Below, piece after piece: positions 9,505-18,515 of a DNA stretch of 59,358 bases. The DNA comes from an uncultured Acetobacteraceae bacterium. GTDB lineage: Bacteria; Pseudomonadota; Alphaproteobacteria; Acetobacterales; Acetobacteraceae. Location: assembly GCA_964249675.1 (NCBI GenBank), contig CAXUCZ010000001.1:1-59358 (forward strand), written 5' to 3'. A model generated the notes under the pieces. It had not been told where the DNA came from. It did not search any database and saw only the letters and a program-made list of their open reading frames with translations. Made by a program: the position numbers and the translations under genes. Positions within the stretch are counted from its first letter, which is position 1. Each line of letters begins with the position of its first letter.

Positions 9505-9764
9505 GCGTCAGCTCCCTTGAGGCCGGGCTTGACCACGGCACGGGCATGCACGCCCTTGGTCGCGGCTTCCAGCGCCACCACCAGGTCGCTCATGCAGCGT
9601 GCGTAGGCGGTCTGGTCGATGCGGTTTTCCGGCGCGCATTCAAGGGACGCGTGCAGCTTGGCCGAGGTCGTGTCGCGTAGGCCGTCAACAAAGATGCGCC
9701 ACTCCGGGGCAGCCCGGAGGGTTCGGATCGCGTCAGTGGCCGCTTGGCCGAGGTTCAGGGACAT
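9501..9764 (-). CDS. hypothetical protein
   Basis: ATG 9764 (MSLNLGQAATDAIRTL...). The listed start is a TTG one codon upstream. Confidence 0.6.
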   Translation of the reverse strand: MSLNLGQAATDAIRTLRAAPEWRIFVDGLRDTTSAKLHASLECAPENRIDQTAYARCMSDLVVALEAATKGVHARAVVKPGLKGADA

Positions 9765-10129
9765 CAATCATCCATTGGAGTTGAGGGCATGGTGGCAGGC
9801 CCATCCTGGAGCCCCCCCTGTCTCGGGCGAGACCGCATGCCACCCGAACCGCCGCGGATCATGTCATTGCTCGAGCCGGCGTGCGCCGTCGGATCGAGGT
9901 TGGTGTCAGGCGAGGACAATCCCGGTAGCGCCGTGGCGCCCTTGCCGTAGTTGCCCATCGACTGGGAGAGGGGATCGCCGCCGGTGATCGACGTCTTTCC
10001 AGCCGGCGGCGCAGCGCCCAGGCCCATCGGTCGCGGCGCGTGCAGGTTCACCGACTTCGCACCCTTGCCGTCGGCAGCACCGAACAGCTTCTCGGCGTGA
10101 CCCGGCTTGCCCACACTCGACTTGATCAT
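9764..10129 (-). CDS. Gly/Pro/Ser-rich small virion-module protein
   Basis: 121-aa ORF between portal and scaffold genes. Confidence 0.55.
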   Translation of the reverse strand: MIKSSVGKPGHAEKLFGAADGKGAKSVNLHAPRPMGLGAAPPAGKTSITGGDPLSQSMGNYGKGATALPGLSSPDTNLDPTAHAGSSNDMIRGGSGGMRSRPRQGGLQDGPATMPSTPMDD

Positions 10130-10142
10130 GGACCCGGTCCCC

Positions 10143-10397
10143 TCAGACGCCGTTGACGCCGTAGGTCGAGCCCTTGCCCTTGGGTACGAAGTCGGCGGTC
10201 ATGCCGACCTTGCCGCCCTTGGGGTAGCTCGAGGTGGACCCGGTCGGACCCGAGCCCGACTTGCCACCGGCCTTGATCATGTCGAGCGACTTGCTCGAGA
10301 TTTCCTTGCTGTCCTTGCCCATCATGGAGCCCTTCTTGCTGTAATCCTGGCGCTGCGTGCCACTCTCGCCGTCGCTGTCGGTCGCGGTCATCTTCAT
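10143..10397 (-). CDS. Lys/Gly/Ser-rich small basic protein
   Basis: 84 aa, ATGA-coupled to the portal stop. Confidence 0.6.
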   Translation of the reverse strand: MKMTATDSDGESGTQRQDYSKKGSMMGKDSKEISSKSLDMIKAGGKSGSGPTGSTSSYPKGGKVGMTADFVPKGKGSTYGVNGV

Positions 10398-12646
10398 GCC
10401 GGTATCCCCTGGTGCTGGAAGCTGTTCACGGGAGGCGCGTTGTCGCTGAGCTGCGCCGGGGCAGGCTGCGGGGCCTGTGCTCCCTGCGCCTGCGCCCCTG
10501 CCGAACCTGGATCCGGCGCTGGTGGCCCGCCCGGCTGGCCCGGCACCGGCGGCGCGCCTGCGCCCGGAGCGCCGCCCTGGTGGGCTGCGGCTGCCATCTG
10601 CATCTGCTGCATGGCCTTCTGCTGCGCCGCCTGCTGCTGGATCTCCATGTCGCCAGGCACGATGTCGTCGGGCAGGCCCAGGTCAGCAGCGATAGAGCGA
10701 AGAACACGGGCACGCCCCACGGTTCCGATGATCGGCGCGTCGATCGGGTTGGCGGTGATCTGCAGGAACTGGAGCTGCTTCTGGCGCTCGGTTTCCTTCT
10801 GCACCGCGACGTTGACGCCGCGCACCCTGATCTCCTCCTCGCCGGTGAGCAGGCCGGACCTGTCGGTCAGCATGATCATGTCGTAGAGGGCATCGAGCAG
10901 CGGACGCATGACGTCGTTGTCGATATTGGAGGCGACGGTTTGCAGCACCTTCTCGGCGTTGCCCATCAGCATCGACAAGCCCGACGCGGTGCGACCGGCG
11001 CCCCCGCTCATGCCGGCGCCCGTCAGGTAGCGTGGGATCGCGCTGACCTCGTCGGCCATGTTGGTGATCTGCGCGAAGATCGCCATCAGCTCCTGGGCGG
11101 TGGACTGCGGCTGGAAGAACGTGATTGGCGGGCCACCATTTGCCGACGGATCAGCGCTGACGTGCCAGCGCTTCCACGGATAAAGGTCATCGCCGTTCTC
11201 GGTGGGGGCAAGCTGGTCGTCGTTCACGACAACCTGTGGCCCGCTCGACATGGCGAGATTGTTCACCATCGAGCGCAGAGTCGCGTTCGCGATCTCCTGC
11301 AGGTCCTCCAGCAGGTCGGGCAGGGCATGGCCCGCGACGGTGCCTGGCACTTTCTCGAAGCTCGTGACGAAATACGGGTGCCGCTGACGCGGGCTCGGAT
11401 TGAGCTGGGTCTTGATAACGTGCTCGCCGATGATCCAGGTCTGAACCGCATAGTCGCGATCGGGATCTGGGATCAGCTTCTTGTCGATCCCCTGCTCGAG
11501 GAGCATGCGCCCCTGGATATTGCCGTGGTATTCGAGCGCGTCGATCATCCCCGTCTGGTTGAAAGTCGGGTTCTCACGGCCCTCGTAGATCGCGCGCTCG
11601 GTGTCGTTGCTGTCCAGCCAGTCACGGTAGCCCGCGCGATAATCCTCTAGCGCGCCGCGTATCGCGTCGTCGTCATACCCAGGCAGACCGAGCAGGTCGT
11701 TGAGGTCCGTCCGGGTCAGACGCTTGCGCTCGATGATCTCGGCGTCCTCGATCCGACTGACGCCGGGCGACCAGTAGATGTCGAACGGGCTCTTGCGCTC
11801 CCAGAACATCTGCGGCTTGGTCACGAAGCTCGGAGTGCCGTCGCTCGACCAGGTCAGCTTGGGCACCATGCGGACCACCGGCCCCTTGATGCAGGCGAAC
11901 GCGAACAGCGGCAGGTCGGTCAGGAAGTCGGTCAGCGCCTCGTAGAAGCCACCCGAGACCAGCAGATCCTCGATCTTGTCCGAGGTGGCCAGCGCCTGCA
12001 TCTGGGCGTTGCGCCGCGAGGCCGCGGTCGCCGCGTGCATCAGGTTCATGTAGCGCATGTGCGCCTGGTCCTCGAGCACCGGCTGGCCGGACTGCTTGAG
12101 GGTGTTCACCTCGGTCGAGACCAGGGTCGCAATGCCGGCCTGGATCTCGGCGGGCACCGGCGGATCCGGCTGCGGCTGGATGTCCCAGGGCCGGTCGGGT
12201 CCCAGGTAGACCTCGCGCAGCAGGCTGGCAGCACCGCGGCACTTCACGCCGACCAGGCGGGAGTAGACCCTGGAACCGCCGAACCGCTCGATCTCGGCCA
12301 GCTTGGACGGGTCGTAGACACCCTCGAACATGCGCTGCGACCGCGTAAGCCGGTCGTTGAGCGCGTCCAGTCCCTGATTGCGGTTGTTGCGGAACACTTC
12401 CCAGCGGTTGCGGACATAGGCAGCAAGCCCGCTGATCTCGATGGTTTTCTGGTTTGCCTCGGCGCGTGCCGATGCCGCGGCGGCATCCTGGCGATCGAGG
12501 TCGGCACCCGAGACCACGCGCAGCAGGCCACCCGCGCGCGAGGTGCCGGACCCGTTGCCGGGACCCCCGCCCATGGTGGGCGAACTCGACGACACACCTG
12601 GGATCGCCTGCGGCAAACCAACCCTCCGGTCAGGGACCGCCCACAA
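10394..12646 (-). CDS. portal protein
   Basis: About 750 aa, divergent from the terminase genes and upstream of scaffold and capsid. True start uncertain: listed TTG 12646, alternative TTG 12616 behind GGAGGG, or ATG 12574. Confidence 0.75.
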   Translation of the reverse strand: MWAVPDRRVGLPQAIPGVSSSSPTMGGGPGNGSGTSRAGGLLRVVSGADLDRQDAAAASARAEANQKTIEISGLAAYVRNRWEVFRNNRNQGLDALNDRLTRSQRMFEGVYDPSKLAEIERFGGSRVYSRLVGVKCRGAASLLREVYLGPDRPWDIQPQPDPPVPAEIQAGIATLVSTEVNTLKQSGQPVLEDQAHMRYMNLMHAATAASRRNAQMQALATSDKIEDLLVSGGFYEALTDFLTDLPLFAFACIKGPVVRMVPKLTWSSDGTPSFVTKPQMFWERKSPFDIYWSPGVSRIEDAEIIERKRLTRTDLNDLLGLPGYDDDAIRGALEDYRAGYRDWLDSNDTERAIYEGRENPTFNQTGMIDALEYHGNIQGRMLLEQGIDKKLIPDPDRDYAVQTWIIGEHVIKTQLNPSPRQRHPYFVTSFEKVPGTVAGHALPDLLEDLQEIANATLRSMVNNLAMSSGPQVVVNDDQLAPTENGDDLYPWKRWHVSADPSANGGPPITFFQPQSTAQELMAIFAQITNMADEVSAIPRYLTGAGMSGGAGRTASGLSMLMGNAEKVLQTVASNIDNDVMRPLLDALYDMIMLTDRSGLLTGEEEIRVRGVNVAVQKETERQKQLQFLQITANPIDAPIIGTVGRARVLRSIAADLGLPDDIVPGDMEIQQQAAQQKAMQQMQMAAAAHQGGAPGAGAPPVPGQPGGPPAPDPGSAGAQAQGAQAPQPAPAQLSDNAPPVNSFQHQGIPA

Positions 12647-12647
12647 T

Positions 12648-12663
12648 CCCTAATGTAGTGGTT
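12648..12663 (-). promoter_or_regulatory. degenerate class I element AACCACTACATTAGGG
   Basis: In the 47-bp divergent gap between portal and terS. One core mismatch. Confidence 0.5.
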
Positions 12664-12693
12664 CTAGAAAGAAACCCGCGCTATAGCAACAAG

Positions 12694-13218
12694 ATGATGA
12701 GTGCTGCAGTCAGCCAGGACGTCTCCGACACGGCGATCGACGCTCTGGTCGACCAGACCCCGACGGTAGTGAAGTTCGACCCCGACGACGAGGTCGCCCT
12801 GCAGCTCATCAACGACGTCGCCGTGCAGATCCAGAGCTACGACACGATCGCCGCGCGGTTCGGGCTGAGCAAGCCGCAGCTCTATGCGTGGATCAAGCAG
12901 CCCGAGGTGCTGCGCCGGATCAAGGCGCGCCGTGCGCAGTGGCAGGCGGACGGCAATGTCGCCGAGCGCAACCGCACGCTGTATGGCCACATCACCATGG
13001 ATGCGGCGCCGGTGCTCGACCGCATCCTGCACGACCCGCAATCGACGGCCAGCGCCAAGCTCGAGGCGTTCAAGATCGCCGGTCGGTTTGCCGGCCTCGA
13101 GGCGCAGCCCAAGGGCCAGGCCGAGAGCGGCCCCGGCAACAGCTTCGCGGTGAACATCATGTTCAGCGGCGGGCGCGTCGAGCGCATCACCCCGATCCTG
13201 GAAGGCACGCCGGAATGA
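12694..13218 (+). CDS. terminase small subunit (candidate)
   Basis: ATG 12694 (MMSAAVSQ...), 174 aa. HTH-like segment (TIAARFGLSKPQLYAWI). Upstream of TerL. Confidence 0.5.
   Translation: MMSAAVSQDVSDTAIDALVDQTPTVVKFDPDDEVALQLINDVAVQIQSYDTIAARFGLSKPQLYAWIKQPEVLRRIKARRAQWQADGNVAERNRTLYGHITMDAAPVLDRILHDPQSTASAKLEAFKIAGRFAGLEAQPKGQAESGPGNSFAVNIMFSGGRVERITPILEGTPE
12759..12771 (-). repeat. class II element CACTACCGTCGGG (exact)
   Basis: Antisense inside terS, which reads P-T-V-V there. Confidence 0.9.
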
Positions 13219-13385
13219 AGGACCGCTGGGATTGGTCGGTGCTCGCCCTTATCCTGGTGATGCTATTCGGCATCGGCTACGCGCGCTGTGACGGCGACCT
13301 CGACGCGTTCGGCTTCTACGGTGGCGGCGGTCTGCTCGGCGTGATCATCGTGCTGGTGGTCCTGGGCTGGATCGGCGTGCTGTGA
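13215..13385 (+). CDS. small membrane protein
   Basis: ATGA-coupled ATG 13215. Two hydrophobic segments (WSVLALILVMLFGIGY, LLGVIIVLVVLGWIGVL). Confidence 0.55.
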   Translation: MKDRWDWSVLALILVMLFGIGYARCDGDLDAFGFYGGGGLLGVIIVLVVLGWIGVL

Positions 13386-13645
13386 GCGAGAGCAAGGTCG
13401 TTCCGTTCGGAAGCACCTACAGCTCACCCGAGCCGGTCGAGAGCGTGATCAAGCTGCTGGAGCGCCTGCTGGAGGAAGCCAGGCGCGGCGAGCTGCGCGG
13501 GCTGGTTGTCAGCACGGTAGATGGCGGCAACGGGCTCACCAGCATCATCGAGTATGGCAGCAGCGCACCGCCGTTTCTGCTCGCCGGGGTCACCCTGCTG
13601 CAGCATCGGATGCTGACAAGCTGGGGCTCGATGCCGGAGGACTGA
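13382..13645 (+). CDS. hypothetical protein
   Basis: 87 aa, GTGA-coupled. Confidence 0.55.
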   Translation: MSESKVVPFGSTYSSPEPVESVIKLLERLLEEARRGELRGLVVSTVDGGNGLTSIIEYGSSAPPFLLAGVTLLQHRMLTSWGSMPED

Positions 13646-13646
13646 G

Positions 13647-13895
13647 ATGAGCACTCTCACATTCTACAAGAACCGCAGCACGCCGCGGGTGTCCAAGTCG
13701 GGCGAGGCGGGTCGCGCCAAGCTGCACAAGGCGGGCGAGGGGCCGGTCACCAGCAAGCGCCAGGCGACGCCCGCCGAGGAGAAAACCATCCGCAACGGCG
13801 GCTGGGTGCGCACGCGCGCCAACGGCATGAGCCCCGACAATCCCAAGGCGAAGTCGTCCAGCCTGAAGGGCCGGCCACGGCTCAAGAAGGACTGA
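13647..13895 (+). CDS. basic hypothetical protein
   Basis: 82 aa, K/R-rich. GGAGGA lies 8 nt upstream of the ATG. Confidence 0.6.
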   Translation: MSTLTFYKNRSTPRVSKSGEAGRAKLHKAGEGPVTSKRQATPAEEKTIRNGGWVRTRANGMSPDNPKAKSSSLKGRPRLKKD

Positions 13896-13898
13896 CCT

Positions 13899-15305
13899 GT
13901 GAGCCTGGATTATTCGCCTCCGGCGACGATCGAAAAGTTTATGATGGACGACAGCCTGGTGCGGGTCATCGTCGGCCCGGTCGGCTCGGGCAAGTCGATG
14001 GGCTGCATCATGGAGATGGTGCGCCGCGCGACGCTGCAGGAACCCGCGACCGGCACCAAGGTGCGCTACTCGCGCTGGGCCGTGGTGCGCAACACGCTGC
14101 AGCAACTACGCACCACGGTGTTGTCCGACATCCAGCAATATATCGGCCCGATGATGCGCTACTTCGTCACCGACAGCACGGTGCAGATCCGCTGCCCGCT
14201 GCCGGACGGCACCACGATCCATTGCGACATCCTGCTGATCCCGCTCGACAGCGCTGACGACCAGAAGCGCCTGCTGTCGATGCAGCTCACCGGCGCGTGG
14301 ATCAACGAGTGCCGCGAGGTGCCGATCGACGTGACCTCGGCGCTGATCGGACGCCTGGGCCGCTATCCGTCCAAGCTGCAGGGCGGGCCGTCCTGGTTCG
14401 GCCTGATCATGGACAGCAACCCGTGGGACACCGACAGCCCCTACCACGACCAGCTCGTGCTCAAGCCGGCGCCGAACTGGAAGCTGTTCCACCAGCCTTC
14501 GGGCGTGGGTGCCGCCGCCGAGAACACCGACAACCTGCCGCCCGGCTACTACGACAACCTCATGCAGGGCCGCGACGGTGAGTGGGCTGCCGTGCATGTC
14601 GAGAGTCAGTGGGGCACCAGCAACGCCGGCCAGGCGGTGTTCCGCCGCAGCTTCCACGCCCCCACCCACGCGCGTGACGTCGCCGCCGTGGTCAACCCGC
14701 ACCGCCCGCTGATCATCGGCATGGACTTCGGGCGCACCCCCGTCGCCCTGATCGGACAGACCGACGTGATGGGACGGCTGGTGGTGTTCGAGGAGCTGAC
14801 CACCGAGGATATGGGCCTGGTGCAGTTCCTGGAGGAACGCGTCAAGCCGCGGCTGTTCGCCGAGCCGTTCACCGGCAAGCGGCACTTCATCGTGGCCGAT
14901 CCCGCCGGCGCGCAGCGCTCGCAGCTCACCGAGCAGACCGCCTTCGACGTGCTCAAGGAACAGGGGCTGCTGGCCTACCCGGCGCCGTCCAACGCGCTAG
15001 GCCCACGGCTCACCTCGGTAGAGCGCATGCTGCGCGGCTCCATCATGGGGCAGCCCAGCCTGCAGATAAGCCGCGCGGGCTGCCCGACGCTGATCAATGC
15101 GCTGGGTAACAAGTATCGCTACCGCAAGCGCCGCGACGGCCAGATGGAGGAGACCCCGGAAAAGCTGCATCCATGGTCCGATGTGGCCGACGCGCTGCAA
15201 TACATGTGCATGGGCGTCGCCGCTGACATAACCGGTCGAGTGATCCGCCGTGACGTGCCTCGGGTTGTCAACCGGCAGCCGGTATCAGCCAAAGGATGGA
15301 CCTGA
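13899..15305 (+). CDS. terL: terminase large subunit
   Basis: Walker A GPVGSGKS, Walker B-like AWINE, nuclease-type FIVADPAG. 468 aa. Confidence 0.85.
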   Translation: MSLDYSPPATIEKFMMDDSLVRVIVGPVGSGKSMGCIMEMVRRATLQEPATGTKVRYSRWAVVRNTLQQLRTTVLSDIQQYIGPMMRYFVTDSTVQIRCPLPDGTTIHCDILLIPLDSADDQKRLLSMQLTGAWINECREVPIDVTSALIGRLGRYPSKLQGGPSWFGLIMDSNPWDTDSPYHDQLVLKPAPNWKLFHQPSGVGAAAENTDNLPPGYYDNLMQGRDGEWAAVHVESQWGTSNAGQAVFRRSFHAPTHARDVAAVVNPHRPLIIGMDFGRTPVALIGQTDVMGRLVVFEELTTEDMGLVQFLEERVKPRLFAEPFTGKRHFIVADPAGAQRSQLTEQTAFDVLKEQGLLAYPAPSNALGPRLTSVERMLRGSIMGQPSLQISRAGCPTLINALGNKYRYRKRRDGQMEETPEKLHPWSDVADALQYMCMGVAADITGRVIRRDVPRVVNRQPVSAKGWT

Positions 15306-15322
15306 TTATGTTGCGTGTCCAC

Positions 15323-15338
15323 AATCACTACGGTAGGG
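15323..15338 (+). promoter_or_regulatory. class I element AATCACTACGGTAGGG
   Basis: Intergenic after TerL, 50 nt upstream of ATG 15389. Confidence 0.75.
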
Positions 15339-15388
15339 ATAAGCATGTCCTTCCGGCCCTCAAGATAGTGCCCTGGTCAGCCCGACTC

Positions 15389-15808
15389 ATGGCACGTCGC
15401 GACAGCATGCTCGCCGGCGCAATCCAGCATCGCGACCGCATGCGCGACAGCCGCCTCGTGCGCGCGCTACTGCATGTGCCCTACGTGCCGGACGTGCTGT
15501 TCGGCGGCACGCTGATGGCCTGGGGCCTGGCCGACATCATCAACCCCGAAGGCACGCTGCACAGCCACGGCTGGGGCGCGATCCGTGATGCGGTCACCGG
15601 CGCCGGTCTGATCTGCTTCGTGTTCGGCCTGGTCCACTTCATCGCCGGCTTCCTGCGCGTGAAGTTCGTCTACCGCGTGCCGGCCTGCCTGCTCGCCGCC
15701 TGGGGCTTCGCCTTCCTCGCCAACGCCTCGGGGTCGCAGACCGGGCATATCGGCTACGGCGGCTACGTGGTCGGCGAGATCCTGATCTGCCTGCGCCTAC
15801 TCGGATAG
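15389..15808 (+). CDS. multi-pass membrane protein
   Basis: ATG 15389 (MARRDSML...). About 4 hydrophobic helices. The listed start at 15296 would run through the element. Confidence 0.6.
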   Translation: MARRDSMLAGAIQHRDRMRDSRLVRALLHVPYVPDVLFGGTLMAWGLADIINPEGTLHSHGWGAIRDAVTGAGLICFVFGLVHFIAGFLRVKFVYRVPACLLAAWGFAFLANASGSQTGHIGYGGYVVGEILICLRLLG

Positions 15809-15814
15809 ACCACC

Positions 15815-16231
15815 ATGCTGCCCGCGCTCCAGGCCATCATGTCCCTGCTCAACGGCTGGACACCGCTCACCCAGAGCGGAGCATGGATCGTGGGCGCCGG
15901 CCTGCTGATCATCTACCTGAACAACAGCCGTTTCGCCGAGAAGAAGTCGCAGGCCGAGTTCAACGACACCCGGCGCAAGGACCTCATGGAGGAAGTCATC
16001 CATGAGCAGGATCGCCGCACCGCGTCGGACGCGCGCGGCGATCGCTGGCGCTCGGCGGCGCGCTGGTGGAACGCCAAGGCGCACGACGAGCGGCTGGACC
16101 GCATCACCGACCGGGTGAGCATCCAGGAGCTGCTGGCTAGCATTCCCGGCGCACCGCGGCTGGTGCTGCCCAACATGCTGCCGCTGCCGCGCATGGTCGA
16201 GGAAGTGGCCGAGACGGAGGGACACCTGTGA
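15815..16231 (+). CDS. N-terminally anchored membrane protein
   Basis: 138 aa. TM segment SGAWIVGAGLLIIYL followed by a charged domain. Confidence 0.6.
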   Translation: MLPALQAIMSLLNGWTPLTQSGAWIVGAGLLIIYLNNSRFAEKKSQAEFNDTRRKDLMEEVIHEQDRRTASDARGDRWRSAARWWNAKAHDERLDRITDRVSIQELLASIPGAPRLVLPNMLPLPRMVEEVAETEGHL

Positions 16232-16461
16232 ACGGCAAGAGGCCCGGCAAGCCGCTGCCCGTCAAAGGCGGGCCGCGCATGACCTACGCGCGCAGGTTCA
16301 CCGCCGAGCGCGCCGCCGGCAAGCTGGGCATCAAGTTCCCCGACGTGCGGCTGGACGACGACAAGCGGTTCTATATCGCCCAGCTCGAGCCGGACTATGT
16401 CGACCCGCAGCACGAGATCCCGTTCACCAGCCCGCGCGGCAGGCCGCGGCTGGACCCCTAG
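16228..16461 (+). CDS. hypothetical protein
   Basis: 77 aa, GTGA-coupled. Its stop overlaps the stop of convergent gene 16458..16661. Confidence 0.5.
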   Translation: MNGKRPGKPLPVKGGPRMTYARRFTAERAAGKLGIKFPDVRLDDDKRFYIAQLEPDYVDPQHEIPFTSPRGRPRLDP

Positions 16462-16661
16462 AGTTCGCGCCGCGGAGCCAGCCAGTCCCGGCCATAGCGC
16501 TTCCTCACCAGCCGCTCGCGGCGTGCCTGGGTGTTCTTGAACCACCGCGCCAGCAGCGCCCAGATCACGCACACCACCAGGGCTGCCAGCACCCAGCATC
16601 CCGCAAGCGTCAGTCCCGCCAGCTCGAGCCAGTCCACGTTCGCCCCCTCGTCCCAGTTCAT
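16458..16661 (-). CDS. small membrane protein
   Basis: 67 aa. TM segment LTLAGCWVLAALVVCVIWALLA. Confidence 0.55.
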   Translation of the reverse strand: MNWDEGANVDWLELAGLTLAGCWVLAALVVCVIWALLARWFKNTQARRERLVRKRYGRDWLAPRREL

Positions 16662-17323
16662 GTCCGCCTCATCTTCGTGCCGGTAATCAGGTAGTAGCGA
16701 CGACGCACGCTCTCGGCCTCGTCGGTTACGGTCTCCTCGAAGCCATCCACCCCGCAGCCGCGAAACCCGGCATGGTTCATGGCGGCGAGGATGGCGTCGG
16801 GGTGATGGTGGTGGGCGTAGGCGAACGACTGGCCGCTGGTGTTGGACGCGATCCCCAGCACCAGCTCGCCGCCAATCTGCAGAACCCGGTGCAGCTCGAA
16901 CATCGCCGATCCCAGCTCATCCCAGTAGTAGGCGACATTCAGCGCGACTGCGATGTCATAGCTGCAGTCAGGCACGCAGAGCTTGCGCGCGTCGCCGCTG
17001 CGCACGCGGAAGCGCCCTGCCAGATCCAGGCCGGCAACACCCCACCGATGCACCTTCTCGGCAGCCTGGCTCACCATCGTCGTGCTCAGATCGAACCCGG
17101 TGTAGCTGTTGATAAGCGCGACGCGCATCTGCTGCATGAAGCCGCCGCCGCCGAACCCGACCTCGAGCACGTCGGCGCCGGGCGGGATCATCGCGGCTAC
17201 CTCGCGCTGCACGCGGTCGTTCAGCCGGTCCATCAGCCTGGCCACCGTGATGCCGAGCGCACCCGACGGGCAGGCCCCGTGCGCCTGGAAGTCCGCCCGG
17301 TCGATGTGAGTGTGGCGTGGCAT
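16658..17323 (-). CDS. class I SAM-dependent methyltransferase
   Basis: Motif I VLEVGFGGGGF. ATG 17323 behind GAAGG (the listed start is CTG). No DPPY/NPPY or PCQ DNA-MTase motif seen. Confidence 0.7.
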   Translation of the reverse strand: MPRHTHIDRADFQAHGACPSGALGITVARLMDRLNDRVQREVAAMIPPGADVLEVGFGGGGFMQQMRVALINSYTGFDLSTTMVSQAAEKVHRWGVAGLDLAGRFRVRSGDARKLCVPDCSYDIAVALNVAYYWDELGSAMFELHRVLQIGGELVLGIASNTSGQSFAYAHHHHPDAILAAMNHAGFRGCGVDGFEETVTDEAESVRRRYYLITGTKMRRT

Positions 17324-17346
17324 CGGACCTTCAGGCACCCTGTCGT

Positions 17347-17360
17347 ATAATACGTATTAT
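17347..17360. promoter_or_regulatory. perfect 14-bp AT palindrome ATAATACGTATTAT
   Basis: Overlaps the stop of the Tad2-like gene, just upstream of the MTase start. Contains TATAAT/TATTAT-like hexamers on both strands. Confidence 0.4.
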
Positions 17361-17599
17361 GCCAACTCGGCCTGCTCCAGGAACGTCCAGTCGGTCGCCA
17401 GCATGTCGGTCTGGCTGGCCAGCCACGGCACCAGCTCGCCCTGCGCCGTGCGCATGTAGATGTAGGCCAGCGACATCTTGGAATGCGCATCGGGCACCTG
17501 CAGAGCGAGCCACATGCCCTTGCCGTTCCACCCCTCGCGGGCTAACCGGCTACCCTGCTTGAGCTGCCGGATCGCCCAGCCGAAATCGCATTCACCCAT
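17357..17599 (-). CDS. tad2: DUF2829 / Tad2-like protein (anti-Thoeris sponge candidate)
   Basis: FGWAIRQLKQG..REGWNGKGMW..YIYMRTAQGELVPWLASQTDMLATDW matches the DUF2829 signature from memory. ATG 17599 behind AGGAG. Confidence 0.7.
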   Translation of the reverse strand: MGECDFGWAIRQLKQGSRLAREGWNGKGMWLALQVPDAHSKMSLAYIYMRTAQGELVPWLASQTDMLATDWTFLEQAELA

Positions 17600-17692
17600 C
17601 GAAATCTCCTGTGCTTCTGTATGCACGACAACGCTGATTATCGTGCCTACAATGCCTTCACGCTCGTTTACCGCGCCTTAGTAGCGGGTGCC

Positions 17693-17968
17693 TTAATGCC
17701 GGCTGCCGGGGTCGATCTCCGACGTCACGCTATCGCCCCCACGGTCCAGGCACACCGCTGCCGCCTGATACCCGGTCTGCATGGTGACGGAGGCACACAC
17801 CTCCGCCATGTGATGCAGGCAGTTCTCGCAGCCACACCAGAAGATGCCGAAGTGCTCGAGCATGAACTCCCGACCGTCGGGATGCCGCAGCACGATGACG
17901 AAGCCCTGGCCTACCGGATCCATCCACGGGATCTCGGGCAGCTCTGCCGGCGGCGTCACCGCGTTCAT
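17693..17968 (-). CDS. hypothetical Cys/His-containing protein
   Basis: 91 aa with a WCGCENCLHH cluster. Confidence 0.55.
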   Translation of the reverse strand: MNAVTPPAELPEIPWMDPVGQGFVIVLRHPDGREFMLEHFGIFWCGCENCLHHMAEVCASVTMQTGYQAAAVCLDRGGDSVTSEIDPGSRH

Positions 17969-18159
17969 CGAAAGCTCACCCCTATCAGCAGCAGTCCCAG
18001 CACCAGCAACGCCCAGAGCTGCATGCGCAGCACGCGCTCCATGCGGTCGGCGTTCTCGAGGATGTGGTGGTGGACCTTGTGCAGCTCGTGCAGGGTCTGC
18101 TCGGCGATCGTCGATTTGTCGTCACGCGGACGCCCGGTAATGAGATCGCTGTCGATCAT
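17965..18159 (-). CDS. small C-terminally anchored membrane protein
   Basis: 64 aa ending LWALLVLGLLLIGV. Confidence 0.5.
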   Translation of the reverse strand: MIDSDLITGRPRDDKSTIAEQTLHELHKVHHHILENADRMERVLRMQLWALLVLGLLLIGVSFR

Positions 18160-18515
18160 TTCAGCTCGCCGGCAATACCCGAGTAGCCAGCCTGGTCGAC
18201 GAAGTGATCGCGCACCGGCGTGCCGCAGTTGGCACGCGCAACCTTCATCAGCACCATCATCTGCGCCACGTCGCGACCGGTGAGCGCCACCCGCAGCACC
18301 CCGTTGCTGTCGCGCAGATAGGTCCCCCAGAAGTCGGCAATCATCTCGAACGACCGTTCCTTATCGCCGTGCGTGGCGTTGCGGTCGCCCTCTACGATCT
18401 TGGCTGCCTCGTGCAGGATGTCCGCCGCCACGGTGCCGGACTTGGCTGGAGGCTTCGCGGACACGCTAGCGCTAGCGCTTCCGGTTCCGAGCGGACCTAG
18501 ATCAAACACGCTCAT
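18156..18515 (-). CDS. DUF6378-like conserved phage protein
   Basis: GDRNATHGD..SFEMIADFWGTYL..DVAQMMVLMKVAR..D..DQAGYSG pattern recalled from small phage proteins. Confidence 0.6.
   Translation of the reverse strand: MSVFDLGPLGTGSASASVSAKPPAKSGTVAADILHEAAKIVEGDRNATHGDKERSFEMIADFWGTYLRDSNGVLRVALTGRDVAQMMVLMKVARANCGTPVRDHFVDQAGYSGIAGELK

Noticed and set aside
16458-16461. Convergent gene ends without terminators (16458..16461, and 40833..40841 between primase and the last minus-strand gene)
   Set aside because: The stop codons overlap or nearly abut with no hairpin and T-run. This is noted as a curiosity about transcription collision but is not strong enough for a finding.
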